A model generated the notes under the pieces. That model did no database searches, had not been told where the DNA came from, and saw nothing but the letters and a program-made list of their open reading frames with translations. The position numbers were made by a program, and so were the translations under genes. Shown here one piece after another: positions 1 to 14,840 of a DNA stretch of 64,000 nucleotides; position 1 is the stretch's first letter, and each line of letters begins with the position of its first letter. This stretch comes from Octopus sinensis (taxonomy: Eukaryota): positions 8,618,001 through 8,682,000 of the forward strand of contig NC_043009.1 of assembly GCF_006345805.1 (NCBI RefSeq). Direction: 5' to 3'.

Positions 1-3000
1 CATAGAAACCATGCCAAATTAGATTGGAACCTGGTACAGCCCTCCAGCTTACCAATTCCAGACAAATTACATTATGGGCCACTTTAATCACAGAAAGTTG
101 TTTTGAGGGCCGCTTGTATACTTTATGCACTAATAATTAAAATAATCAAATTACAGAATTGAGAATTTTTTCATACTTTTCGTTTGTTTAAAATTATAAA
201 ATTATTGGCTTTTGCTTTATTTTGCCACTTATAAATTTTAAATTTATTTTGAAACAAATGTTTTACACAAACAATTTTATTTTAAAATTAAGCACAAGAA
301 AGTATCGAATGGGCCACAAGATAAAAGTCTGTGGATCGCATGCACACCACAGGCCTCCAGTTGGCCAGCCCTGGTCTAACCCATACTAGCATGGAATGCA
401 GACATAAAGTGATGATGAGGATGCATTAAAAATTGTTAAAATATTTTGTGTATTGTGGAAGTATAACGCAATTTATTGCAGATAAGATTTTAACAACGAA
501 ATCTTATATGTACCTCCAAGGGCCATACGAACCCAAGTTGAAGACCACTGATTTAAATATTAAACAATATAAAATAGGTAGTTTTGTATTGGAGAGCTTA
601 TATAATGTTCTGTAATCTGCTGAAGATTTTGTATTGTTGTTCTTGTTGATTAGCCACTGGTATGCCCTAATCTAGCAGATCTATGATCAAAAGTATTCCA
701 GTCTTAACCATACCTCCATTGCCTCCCTGACATAGTATATAAATATATATCTAGGGGTTACATTAGCTAATGTGTTCTTAAATTTTTTTAGAAAGTAGTG
801 TATGCTTTGAGGAAAATTTTGTTACTAATTTTAGAAGATTGACTGCAGACAGGCTCCCTCATTGTCCAGCTGTCTACTTTGTGGATATTTTCAGGGTGGG
901 TACATTGAATTTTTTTTTACTGATAGTTTCTTTCAGTCTTAGGATAAATTTGAACTCAGCACTGTGATACATTGATTTTGATATAGAGACAGACAGCCGT
1001 AGCTATTTTCAGCAATGGTGCTGTCAAATGTCTGTTCACTGGTTTGAATTCCTTATCTTTTAAAGATGTCAAAGTCCATGATTGCAAGAGGTATAGTCTG
1101 AAGTAGATTGCTGCCTAAAGGGTTAAAAGTCCTGCATGTCTCCAATCCATTTCCGAAGACAGTGGTTATATTTCTCTGCTCCTGGCATTAATGCTTCAAT
1201 GCTCCTCATTTTCTTCACCTACTTCCTCTAAACAGGTTCATTTCAGTCACTTGTTTCACTCATATTTGTTTCCAAATTATCATCTAATCTAGTTTGTTTT
1301 ATATATTCATTTATTTTTCCTTCGTTTCTATTTTACTGTAAATAGCCACATTAAACCTTCCATTGGAACTAATTTCAGTGGTCTGTGTTGATATCCATTA
1401 CTACAGACCATTGGACTGTGGCAGCGAGCTATTAGCAAACGAACAACATCATGTAGTTGTAGTTGGAAGAAATATTTCCTCGCTTAAAGTTGAAGTTATT
1501 TTTGCAAATACGTTGCTGTTAAAATGTCTTTATATCAATCTTTCCATAATGAGTAAATTTGTTATTTTTATGTGTTTTGTGTATTTTTAGGTTTTGTTGT
1601 TGTTTTTTTTAATATGTAAAAGAATATTGATTTCAAATTCTATTAAAGAACCATTCTTCAAGGTCCCAAGTAATTTGCTTCTATGTAAAACATATTCCTG
1701 TGGTAGCTTTTTCTAATTAATAAATATTTATAAATAGATTGTAATGAAGTAAACTAATCAATGTCTACAAATATAGACTCTGTCTCGTTAGTGTCACTAT
1801 GATTTCTATATTTGGATATGTCCAACATTGAACACACATCCTATTTCAATCATTTCTGAGTGTTTGTCGGTATTATCATTTAAAATGTTCTTGAATTTGA
1901 AACAGACATAGTTAGCAATGGATAATTCCCTTGTCGGGTTGCAAAGGCACCAGGGAATACATCATGGAAGCACATCCTGGCCTAGACAACATAATGAAGG
2001 CTATCTCTCTCTCCCTCTCTCTTTCTCTCTCTCCATCTATCTTTCCCTCCCTCCATCTATCCTTTCTCTCTCCCACTCACTCCCGCTATCTTTCTTTCCC
2101 TCTCCATCTATTCCCTCTCCCCCCTCCTCTCTCCTAAGGTCGGAGCTTAATCCAGTATCCATGGCATATAAATAACTGAGATTACAAAACACCCCACTGA
2201 ACTGGATGCTAAGTCCATCACAGAATTAACTTCCAAGCAATTACTGAAACTCTTTTGCAGCTGAGTGGACTGGAGCAGCATGGGCATGAAGTGTTTTGCT
2301 CAAGAACACAACACACAATCCTGTCCAAGAACTGAAACTACAATCTTACAATCATGAGTGCAACACCCTAACCACTTAGCCATGTACCTTCCCTATATCT
2401 ATATTTTGTATCTTATATTTCATATTTGTACTATTGAAATAAATTCCCTGGAATTATCTCTAATCTTCCATTGGTCAGGGTTCACATTGAGAAAGCTTCT
2501 CTCCAGAGCATAGGCCTAGGCCAGCATTTACCCATGCAGAAAGTTCCCATCTTTACACCACTATATTGTCCAAGGGCAGAACAAGAGCCAATACAGTTTA
2601 GCATTAATGTTGTTGCAATGAAAAAGAGAATATAAAGAGCTGGAACAAATACTGACAAATATTTTGTCTGGTGCTTCTGACAATTGTGCCAAATCACTGC
2701 CTTAGATGAGTGCTTTATTTTGTTGGCCCCTGGAAGGATGAACAAACAACAACATCGACCTCGGCGGGAATTGAAGTCAGAATTGAAAGAACCAGTTGAA
2801 ATGCTGCAAGGAATTTTATCTGGTGCTCTATCAGTTCTGTCTATCCACCAATTGCACTTTTGCGATATATAAATAAAAGTGTTACATGAAATTTTCACAC
2901 AAAAAAGATTGCTGTTATTAATTCCAAATCAACTCTGATCTATAGACCTATGATCAGAAACATTCCAGATGTGACTATCCAGTCTTTTTTTTTTCAAAAG

Positions 3001-6000
3001 GCAAGCACTTTTGTATGACAAGGCAGCTAAAACAAAGCAAAGAAGATAGTATATCAGAATACATTAGCTTATGTATGTATTTTTTTTAAAGATATTTAAA
3101 GATATTCTTAAGGTAAGCTGTGATACGAGGGAGATTTACCTGCTCTTTCTTGTAGGTAAATGCACCCTCATTGACTTAATGTAAAAGGGTTTACAACATC
3201 TAGAAAATATTAGATCCTTTTTTCCCTTTCATAGAACATATTTCAGCATTCTATTAGCAGAAATGTATTTGTCTGCAAGTAAATGCTTGGTTTAAAACTA
3301 CAAAAGCAAAAATATTAATAAGTCACCATCACATGCTACGGTTTATGGTGGGGGGAAAAAAAAGAGAGAGAGAGAGAGAGAGAGAAGCAGAAAAAACAAA
3401 AACAACAGCCATAGCATGTGATCTTGATGAATGAAGAGCGTTTAGCTTTTGAAACTTTTTATTCAAGTTATACAGATTATATAGCATTACTATATTCTTT
3501 CCTGTATGGCTGGTTAGCTGACATATATGGCCAACCAGACTCAGCTAGCATCGAAAAACCCAGCTGAATTAACTGACATCATCATCATCATCGCTAACAT
3601 CATTATTTCCCCATGCTATTGATCATTTTCCCTTTCATTATGAACACCTTACTTATTATGCCCAATATTTAATTTTTTTTTCCCCTCTATTTCATTACTT
3701 TTGTTTACTTAATATTTTTAAGTTTCCCAACCTCTATCCAATTTTACAGTGTTTGTATGTGAGTCTTCTTTACTATGTTTGTATGTATATACTTTTTACT
3801 GTGTTTGTGCATATCTGTTATTTATTGCATGTGTATATAAGTGTTCTTTATTACGTTAGCATGTGTGTTTTTCACTATATTTGTATGCGTGTGGATTCTT
3901 TACATTTGTATGTATGTTTTTTTTACTGTTTATACATGTGTGGTCTTTACAGTGTATGTGTATGTTTTTGCTGTATTTGTGTGTGTGTGTGTGTGTGTTC
4001 GTGTACACTTATTTTTTTATTTATATATTTATTTTTGCTTTAATGAAATACAATTAACAACTGTGGAGGTTTATTGAAGATTTGACTCTCAGAATAATAT
4101 CCAGTAAAACTATGGTTCGCTAAATTCAGAAGAAATGATTAAGCTAAAAATGTACAAGGCTTTGAAACCTCAGCAAGGAATCTTCTACAGAGTCACTCAA
4201 TCTGCTGAAAACAGCAACCAAATTTCTTTTGAAACATTAGCTTAAAAAAGAGGGGCACATTGGGAATTTTAAGCTGAGATATACTAAAATGAGGGATAGC
4301 CATGGCTGGAATATCTTTGGTCATAAATCTTCTCAGACAAAATTTGTTTTTTGTGTCAATCCTTAACTAAATATTGCAATATGTTTTGTTTTGTTTTTTT
4401 TTTTGTTTGTGCTTTATTAATCCTTCCACCACCATCACTTTGTTTCTGTTTTGTAATTAAATCAATTCCAGAATTTTAACTGGTACTAATTTTTATTAGT
4501 TCTCGAAAGACAAGTGATGAAATATAACCTGCCAAATGTGCTAACTTTTGATACCTTAAAAATATCGGTTTCGAATTTTGGTACAAGGCCAGCAATTTTG
4601 GGGGAGGGAGAAAGTTGGTTACATCAACCTGATTGTCCAGCCAGTACTTATTTTATCAACCCCAAAAAGGATGAATGGCAAAGTTGAACTCAGCAGCATT
4701 TGAACTTGGAACATAAAGACAGACCAAATACCACTGAGCGTTTTGTCTGGTGTGCTAACAATTCTGCCATCTTGCTTCTGTAATAATAATAATCTTTTCT
4801 ACTGAAGGCACAAACCCTGAAATTTTGTGAAAGAGGGCTAATTGATTTATATCAACCCCAGTACTTGACTATTATTTATTTTATTGACCCTGAAAGGGTG
4901 AAAGGCAGGATTGAACTCAGAGCGAAAAAATGGGTTAAATGCTGTTAAACTTTTCATCTGATGTTCTAACAATTCCACCAGTTCGTCACCTTTACCATAA
5001 TAATAATGGTTTCAAATTTTGGCACAAGGGCAACAAGTTTGTGGAAGGGGGTAAGTCGATTAAATCGACCCCAGTGTGCAACTGGTACTTACTTCATCAA
5101 CCCTGAAAGGATGAAAGGCAAAGTTGACGGATGAAATGCTGCAGAGCATTTTGTCCAGCATGCTAATGATTCCGCCATCTTGCTGCCTTTACTGTAATAA
5201 CAATAACAATAATAATAATAATAATAATAATATAATAATAATAATAATAATTACTACTACTGCTTTTATTGCTACTACTAACTATAGCACAAAGCCTATA
5301 CATTTTGGAGGTCTTCTTCCTTTATAATTCCATCCACATCTAGTTTTAATCTCCCACTGGAATAATTAAAGGTAAAATTGACATCAGCATGATTCAAATT
5401 CTGGGAATAGAGGTATGTTACAAAGTAATATCAGAAGGCATTTCGTTTGAAGCTCTGCTGAGTCTGCAATTCATCACTTTAATAATGATAATAATCTCGT
5501 TTCACTAAACATATACAGCGAGTCAGATGCATGTATCGGTGATAACAGGCATTGCAATTCTTTATACTTATTACTAACACTAATTCAATAAGGATGATTA
5601 AAAATGTTCCATATATAATTTACTTTCTGCATTTCTCATTATTTATTTATCTCGGAACAAATGAAACAATCTTGTTTCTTCCCATTTCTGTCATGTTCCA
5701 TAGATTTGAATCCCCATAATTTTAATTCTTCTAAATCTGATGTCTCTTCAGTATCATTTACGTAATATGTTTGAAGTAGATGAAAATACATTTATTTATA
5801 TGAATTATATAAATATATTCATGTACATAAACATGTATGTGTATGTTCCTTTGTTTTGGATTTTTTTGTTTTTGTTTTTGTGTGCTCAATATGCATTGGC
5901 TGCAGATATGTGTACAGTGTATGTGCAAATTTGAATTGCATTCCCAAATTTTTAAGTTTCATACAGCCATTCTGGCATTCATCATTGTTTGTAAGGTCAT

Positions 6001-6016
6001 ATGTGTGCATATACTT

Positions 6017-6062
<46 letters not shown>

Positions 6063-6317
6063 GTAGAGTAGATGAAACCATGGCGACTGAAGAAGGGGGG
6101 GGGTTTCCTTGTTTTGTATGTCCTGTACTCTATTTTTTTGTTGTTTAAGAAAAATGTCCAGTTCCTTGGGTTTGTGTCTATGTTTTCGTTCCTCATTGTG
6201 TTTGACGTTTTTTTGGTGTCCTGTACTCATATATGCGTGTATATATACATGTAGAGGTAGGTACGTACATATATGTATATATATATATATATGCATATGT
6301 TTTATTTATTAATATAT

Positions 6318-6357
<40 letters not shown>

Positions 6358-7699
6358 TTGTTGAAATCATTAGAATTTATAGTTTCAAGAGAGAACATGG
6401 GATAATTCCTTTTTGAGAATTAGTTCTCAAAGTACATACAATGCTATAAATAACATGTAAATTAAATGTTAAGATTAAAAACCCTTTTGGATAGATAGGG
6501 TTTTCCAATGTAAAATTTACATGCCATTTATATGTACTTGGAGAACCGATTCCAAAAAGAATTTATGTATATTTATGTGTGTGTGTGTGTGTATACACGC
6601 ACACAGTGTGCAGCTGATGTCATTGGAACATGCGTAGATCCACAAAAGAATGCTGTTAATCTCCGTTCTCATGATTATTATTAATACTATATATACATAT
6701 ACATACATGCGCACACTCATATCATCATCATCATCAACAACAACATGCCTTTACTTTTCCATGCTTGCATGGGTCAGATGGAGTTTGTTAAGACATTTTC
6801 CTATGGTCAAACACTCTTCCTGTTGTTAGCCCTCACCTGTTTCCAAACAAGTTGATATTTTCACAGAAGGTGGGAGATGAAAACCTAGCTTGTATGACAG
6901 TGATACTCGTTTACAGCCATCACATGATGTCCTGAAAAGAGTACACACACGCATACACTCACTCACACACACACAAACACACACGGTGCTCTTCTTAAGT
7001 TCCAAACTGCCAAATCCATTCACAAGGTTTTAGTTAGCCTAGGGCTGTAGTAGAATATAGTTGCCCAAGATGACACACAGTGGGATTGAACCCAAGGTCA
7101 CATGGTTGGAAAGCAAACTATTTAACTATACAGCCATGCCTGCATCTGTTCACATACACACACACATGCTTATATATGTGTGTGTGTGGTGTTTGCCCAT
7201 GTGTGTGTTTGTATGTATATATGATATGATGATGCAAATTTTGTGTGACAGAGTGAAGAGCACTCCAAGCAAAGGATCTAAGAGCTATTTTTTATTTATC
7301 TTTTTTATTTATCTATTTATCTATTTATTTTTTCTGCAAATATAGAATCCTGTCACTCCATGTTTTTCATAGTTTCAAAGATACTCAAACATTTACTTTG
7401 TTCGGGAAGCACCGGCAGTAGGAGTCAACTGATGTCTGCCAATAACTACTCAATCACTTTAAGTATCTTTGAAACTATTAGTAACATAAATTGACAGGTT
7501 TCTGTAATTGTAAAAAAAAAATAAAAAAAAAAAATAGACATCCTGTTGTTTGTATGTGTGTGTGTGTGTACATGTCTCTCTGGACAGGAAGGAAAATAGT
7601 GAATATATGTGGTTGTGTTTATTTATTCATTCAAAGCTGATATTTCTGAGTTCAAATCCTGTATCCTGTCACTAGAGGACCCTGTAAAACAGTGTAGGT

Positions 7700-8235
7700 T
7701 TGGAAATCCCTTAATCTAGTGCCCAAGTATTTCAGCTTATCAGGCATTTGCCATATTCTGAACGCCTTACTTCCCTGGGCATGGATACATTGAAACTCCG
7801 ACGTCTGGCAGCTGACTTCGCAGACACCCATAAAATTATTAACCATCTTACAAACAATAACTCCGAGCACCTTTTCAAACTCCACCTGTCTAATACCTGT
7901 GGACATGTTTACAAAGTCAGAAAACAGCACAGCTCCCATGACTTTCAGAAACATTTTTTCATGCTAAGAGTTGCTCAAGCATGGAACAAAGTGCCGGCAT
8001 CAGTTATTAGTTGTCGGAGCACTGCATCCTTCAAAACTTCCATGCTTTCTGAGATTCACCAACACTACACCTGATTTCCCCCCCCCCCACTCCATACACA
8101 TGCAAGCATGTATCTGACTCATACACTGTTCACTTCTCAGACATTTGTACATTACTGCATATGCTTTATACGCACTTTCTGACAAGTTGTGGTGCACCTG
8201 AGCACTGTATACAATAATTTCATCATTATTATTTA
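7700..8235 (+). mobile_element. 5'-truncated CR1/L2-group LINE 3' end
   Basis: ORF 7748-8074 reads PYSERLTSLGMDTLKLRRLAAD...GHVYKV...FFMLRVAQAWNKVPASV...SFK, the conserved CR1-group ORF2 C-terminus. Followed by a 3' UTR and an ATT-type tail. Confidence 0.85.
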
Positions 8236-10351
8236 TTTTATATATCACTCTTAATGGGTGCACATATCAGCTGATAGTAGAGAATGCAAAGGAGGCTTTC
8301 TGGTCCTGTGCAATTGCTCTTTCTTTCACACATATAAACTACAGAAAAATGTACTCAAAACATTCTAGCTTTTACTTAACCTCACTGACAGGATTAACTG
8401 AAATTTTTACCTTTTCTGTATTTCCTTGCACTCCCTTTCCTCCTAAGGAAAATGTTAATCACCTTCAGATAAATATTTGTGCAATTTTCTTTTGATATCT
8501 ATAAATTCAACCTTTTTATTTTTTTTTTTTAACAAGTGCTTATGTAGTGTAAAGGCTGAAAGAAATGACGATAAGCAAAATAATAGCAAAATTAACCACT
8601 GGTCACACGGTGTAACACAATTTTTGTCTTGCTTATCCCTAGAAAGTATGAGAAATGGTTAATATTTCCTTCAAACTTTGCTTTTGTTATGATATTTATT
8701 CAAACCGCAAAGAATCCCTCTCAAAACATGGCTCTGATGCTCCCTGACTATTCCTGCTTATGATCAGAGATGCACACATTGTCAGCCACTATGGAACATG
8801 CTCAAGGGTTTAAGGTCAAGCAACTGACTAGCAGGTAAATCTGTGGTTTTGAGCAGAATATTTGCTATAATGATATTTCTGCTTCAGCAACTCAGTGCTG
8901 AAATGTAATGGAAAATAGGCCAGTTTCAAAACAATGATGTCAACGTGACAAAAAGTTTAAAGGGAATGGTAGTCATTTCCTTTGATTTCTAAATAGAAGC
9001 AAATAGGAGTTAACACTTACTGACCAAAGGCAAAAAAAAAGTTTAAAAATTTGTTGCACAGTGCAATTGAACTTACAGCACATATCTTAGGGAATTTTGT
9101 GTTAATTCTTATGCTTTGGTCAAGATGCATTAAGCATCGGGTATTTATAATGTATCCTAGATGTGAATAAAAATATAGTAGTTGAGTAAGATTAACTATT
9201 GAACAAAAAAAGATGTGTAGACACAATCCTTATGTATATATAATATATATATATATATATACTATATATATATATATGGATGGATGGATGGATAGATAGG
9301 CAGACAACACAGACAGGTACCATATGCCCAAATGGTTAAGAAGTTTGCTTTTGTTTTGCAACCATGAGGTCCCTGATTCAATACCACTTGGTGCTATCTT
9401 CCACAAAAGTCATTTTTCTATAGTCTTGGCCAACCCTTGTGAATGCAATTTGGTAAACAGATGCGGCATAGACGTCCTTCAGGTGAATTGTGCCTGCAGA
9501 TTCAAAGATATGTAACCCTGTCACACAGTGTAACATACTGACTCTGCCTGAGAACTACATTACAAATGTGCATGTCAGTGGGACGCTCGGCTAATTACAT
9601 GGTAATTGGATGATGACAGGTAATTCAGTTGATCATAAAACCGAATCCATATTAAAACTAATGGAGAGCCATCATCTATATATGTGCAATATAATTGAAA
9701 GTGAATGTAAGGTATCTTGCATTTATTTCAATGATGTATATCACAGTTGTTTGATCAAAAGAACTATATAGTCATTGAAGAATTGTGTAAGTCGCTGAGT
9801 TACTGTACAGAGATTCTTTGTGATGAAACTTGCACTTTAGACTACAGGTGTAGGCCATCCAGTGTACTTTACCACAGCCTCCATGTAGCTGTATTTTACT
9901 CAGAAACCTTGGGTCATATTGGAACTCAGGTAGAAGACACTACTCAGAAAGATTGTGAAGCAGACTTTTTAATCATTTGGCCATGTTTCCTTGTAGTCAT
10001 TGTCATCTTCTTCTCCTCCTCCTCCTCCTCTTCTCCTTCTCCTCCTTCTCCTTCTTTCTGTTTTCCATGCTGGAATGGGTTGCGCTGTTTGACAGGCGGT
10101 AGTGAGCCAGAGGATTGTGCCAAGCACTGTTTTGTTTTGACAAGGTTTCTACTGCATATGTATATGTGTGAGATGTATGTATATAAGTATTGAGGTATAT
10201 GTATATTTGTGCCTCCATACATTGTTGGTAGATGCATGCAGCAACAATGTCCACCTAACTCTTGAGTTGTTCACATTCATATCATTCCTACTTACCAGAC
10301 CAACAGTGAAAGATTTTTTGTCTATGGCCGTACTATTTTCAGGCAGTTTAA

Positions 10352-10570
10352 CCCTTTCGTTACTGTATTTATTTTGAGATGCTCTGTGTTTCTTTCAATT
10401 ACTTTAAATATAACAAAGAATTTAGTAAAATAACTTTGTTATCATTAAGCTAGTGTTAGGGACATAAATTGTAACTAAGGTTTGGTAGAAAATTTTAATT
10501 CAAAACTCATGAAAACAAGACATTTGTACTAGAGCCAGAGCTGGTTTCAGCCGGGTTAGTAACAAAAGGG
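10352..10570. mobile_element. piggyBac-type MITE
   Basis: TTAA-ccctttcgttac ... gtaacaaaaggg-TCAA: terminal inverted repeats with CCC/GGG ends and a TTAA-like target site. Confidence 0.7.
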
Positions 10571-11682
10571 TCAAAGGACTACCACAGTGACAAGAGTTTC
10601 CTGTAAAAGTTATGTGGTGAAATTTTAGGGAAGTTTAGCTTCTATTTCAAACAACTCAAGTAACCACAAAAAGGTTCCCTCATTAACTCAGTAACTCTTA
10701 GGTAGACACTGCATTTGATATTATTCGCTCCTATGTGGAGCAACAGTTCTGTGGACGTGATGTGTGATCTGTTATCTTCTAATATCAAGTCTGATTTCTC
10801 TTATCAACTTAATGTCATGAACAACAGGAGACAAGCCCCTAGAACTGTATATTCTCGTGATTCAGAAAGAAGGCATGTATTATTATAAATAGGTGTAAGA
10901 ACATGTATGGATATGTATTTACTTGTCAATTTAATTAGTCATATGATAATTGATTTTGTTATTATATGCATTAATCATGTTTTGTTAATTTAATTGTAAC
11001 ATTCAGTGTGGCTTTTCTTAATATTTTATTATGTTTAAAAATAAACTGAAATGTTTCAATTGACAAAACACACTAATGTGTATGTGAACGCACACACACA
11101 CACACACACACGTTGAGAATTCTCAGCTTTTTGTTAACTGTTAAGTTAAATTAATTTGGAAATTAGCAGCAAATTTGCTCGATAGATGCATGATCTCCCA
11201 GAAATATTCCAGCAGAAAGCTTGTTTTATTTCTGCTATGTCCAGATTTTTGTCACACTTCAGACGTGCTTTGCTGACGACTACATCCCCATAATTCATCA
11301 GTTCAGTAAAAAGAAAAAGAATGAAAAAATAAGTATTAGGCTCTAAAAAATATAAGTATTGAAGTTGATTGATTTGACTAAAACCTTTCAAAGCAGTGCC
11401 CCAGCATGGCCACAGTCAAATGACTGAAACAAATCAAAGAGATGAAAGAAATCACGAAAGGTTTTTCCACCTAAATATTCACCTTCAAACAGTTTTATGC
11501 AAAAGAAAATTTGTTTAGGGAACCTTGCATTGCATCTCCCCAAAATGTCCAGCCCTTTTACGCTGTCAGTTCTTCACCCTTTAGCATTCACAGTATGGAA
11601 TGTAATGGTTTATCTCCCAAATGTTATGTTTATCGAGCTGGCAGCATCAAAAGCACGCCAGGCAAAATGCTTAGTGGTATTG

Positions 11683-11916
11683 AAGGCGATGAGCTGGCAG
11701 AAACATTAGTATGCCAGGCAAAATGCGTAGTCGTATTTCGTCTGTCGTTACGTTCTGGGTTCAAATTCCGCCGAGGTCGACTTTGCCTCTCGTCCTTTCG
11801 GGGTCGATAAATTAAGTACCAGTTACGCACTGGAGTCGATGTAATCAACTTAATACCTATGTCTGTCCTTGTTTGTCCTCTCTGTGTTTAGCCCCTTGTG
11901 GGTAGTAAAGAAATAG
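11683..11916 (+). mobile_element. SINE family B copy, with partial tandem copies on both sides
   Basis: Colinear with 63676-63912. A partial head is duplicated at 11634-11681 and a second body runs to about 12085. Confidence 0.85.
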
Positions 11917-13822
11917 GTATTTCATATGTCTTCACATTCTGGGTTCAAATTCCACCGGGATCGACTTAGCCTTTCATCTTTTTGGGGTCAATAAACTAAG
12001 TACCAGTGAAACACTAGGGTCAATGTAATCAACTTATATCCTCCTGCAAAAATTTCAGGCTTTGCGCCTTTAGTTGAAATGATTTATTCACATTGTTTTT
12101 AATTAATCATGCATCATCTTGAAGCTTTGAGATTCTGATGAGGTAACTGTTTGTTTTTAGAATGACATTGTAGAGTAGGTATGAGAAGCCAGATCTAGCC
12201 AATTTGAACATAAAACATGCAGAATATTTTGGCCAGATATGGTTGGTTGAAATGCTAAAGGGTTTATGACAGTCTCCACTCGGCTGCCACTTATCCATTT
12301 GCTGCTTAACTCCAAATGAATCCTGGTTTAGCAGATCTTCAAGCAAAGGCATTTCAACCATGACTATCTCCTCATGAGTATATTATCAAATGTATCCTAT
12401 TTTCTAAGACAGTCAGGTGTGGTTTGATTGAATTTGGCTGCTATTTCTAGGTACCATGTAAATGATCTCCTAAAAGTGCTTAACTTTCTCTATGGAATAA
12501 TCAGGATCTTTTATAGAAAATGCTGTGGTTGAAATATTTAATTAACAAACATGGCCAGATGTATGTTGCTCTGCATTCTGCCCCATAACAATATCGTAAG
12601 AACAATGGCTTTGCCAGACAGCAAGTTTGATGCCAACAATGAACGAATGTGATGAATGTTAGAAATATGATAATAGAGACAACCAAAATATGTCACGGCT
12701 TTAGCTGCTCCATTGAGTGGGTTATTATTTTGGCTTTTTTGCTTTCTCTCGTTGCCTATTTACATGGATAGTACAAGGCACTCCTAACCAGGTGGGAGTC
12801 GATTCATGACTCAAAGTGTGTGTGTGTGTGTGTGTGATACTGATTGAGGAATTAACAGTGTTTAAGCAGCAACTGGAATGGTGTTTCTGTGTAACCGAAA
12901 CAGCTTCTCTCTTTACTGCAGATATACATTCCATTGTTATCAGTATGTAGGTTGTTAAAGAACTCAGAAATTAGCTGAAGGTGTTTAAAACTCTAGTATG
13001 CTTTTCCAATCACCGTGTTTTAAAATTTGGGTGTGTGCTGTTGACTCATAGGCTTGAAATAGATAATGGCTAAGATTAAAAGTTCAAGTAACTAGGAAGG
13101 GCTACAAGAAAAAAAAAAAAGAAAAGAAAAGAAAAAAACCTCAGCTACATCAAGGTTGTGGTCTTTATCTGTCTGTGACAGCAAGAAGCCAGTAATACTT
13201 ACTGTTCTAGTAAATGAATACCGGATAATGAGTACACAGAAAGCACAATGGAATTTGTAGTGAAGTGACAAACAGTAAACCAGAATTTCTGGTGTCGAAG
13301 CAGCTACCTGAGATTGTATATCATGGACTACTTCGATGGCTTACTGGAAGTTGTAAGTATGTTTGCCGTAGCAGGATTATGTTGGGATTAGCAGTACTTG
13401 AAGTTATTGTTTAAGTATTTGCAGTCGTTTAACCCTAGGCCATGCCTGATTGAACAGACTGAAGCTCAAAGGCGTTCCAGTCATGACCAAGCATCTCACC
13501 AATTTATGGAAGTACCTAGGATTAGATAACCCAGTGTGCCAATTTCTTTCATAAACCAGCAGAATGCAGCTCCTGGTAAATTTGGCTGCTATTTTCAGCA
13601 GGTTGAATGAACATTGACTAGATTGAGTTTATTTTCATTTGGTGCAAATTCTTGCTGTGTTCTCTTAAGATTGTTTCAAATATTTATATTGAAACAGAAG
13701 TATACCATGTGTACCTAAACCCGTGTTACACAAGGGGTTTACAACAATACTCAAGTTATGAATTTCTTTCATGTTTTTATCTTCCTCTCTCTCTCTCTCT
13801 CTCTCTCTCTTTTTCCCTTTCC

Positions 13823-13863
<41 letters not shown>

Positions 13864-14359
13864 ACATATTCATAACAAAAGTATTAGAGATTTAGAAACC
13901 AAGTCAGCTATCCCGCTTATTGAATCAACAATTATTATGTTGATATATCAACACTACCACCAACCATTCTTTCATTCCTATGTGTTTCCTATCTCGCTAG
14001 TCTCAGGAGGGGACCTGCAATAAACCATGGGCATTACTGCTCTGCACCACTAATCCATCGGTCGTGGAGGGGATGCGCAAAACAGCAGCAAAAACAAAAA
14101 ATCCCGAGATTACTGTTCTAGTAAATTGGAATCAAAATTAAAAGTAGATGTTTTGCAACGGTGACTACGGAATAGAAGATAGGCAAATGAAATATGAACA
14201 GATACACAACACCAATATGTAAATAGGAATAAGATTACACCTATGTTTGTACTTTTACGCACATGTACAGATATCTATAATAACTATTTGAAAGATGAGA
14301 GAGAAGAGGAAAATTTTGCTTGATGCTTTTTCAGTATCCTGTTGCACCTTGGATGTTTG

Positions 14360-14468
14360 CGTTTGTATGCATGTACATGTGTGCGTATGTGTGTATATGT
14401 ATATATATGTGTATATCTATATATACATATGTGTGTGTGTATGCGTGTATAATGTATGTATATATATA

Positions 14469-14536
<68 letters not shown>

Positions 14537-14686
14537 ATATATGTGTGTATATATATGTATGGTGTGTGTATATATGTGTGTATATAATGTATGTGTGTGT
14601 ATATATGTGTGTATATATATGTATATGTGTGTCTATAAATATTTATATGTATATATATGTGTGTATGTATTTATATGCATGTGTAT

Positions 14687-14727
<41 letters not shown>

Positions 14728-14840
14728 TGTGTGTGTTTATGTATATGTATATATATATGTGTGTGTTTATGTATATATATATGTGTATATATATAGTATG
14801 GGTGTACATATGTGTGTGTGTGTGTGCTTGTGCGTGTGTA
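14360..14840. repeat. Compound TA/TG microsatellite
   Basis: Directly visible; the source of many spurious ORFs. Confidence 0.95.

Noticed and set aside
62-373. hAT-like MITE end (ttggccagccctg), also at about 42955 and 61815
   Set aside because: Only one terminus is recognisable in each case, so the boundaries are not supportable.
2482-2898. 138 aa and 62 aa ORFs
   Set aside because: They overlap decayed family B SINE sequence and show no domain motif.
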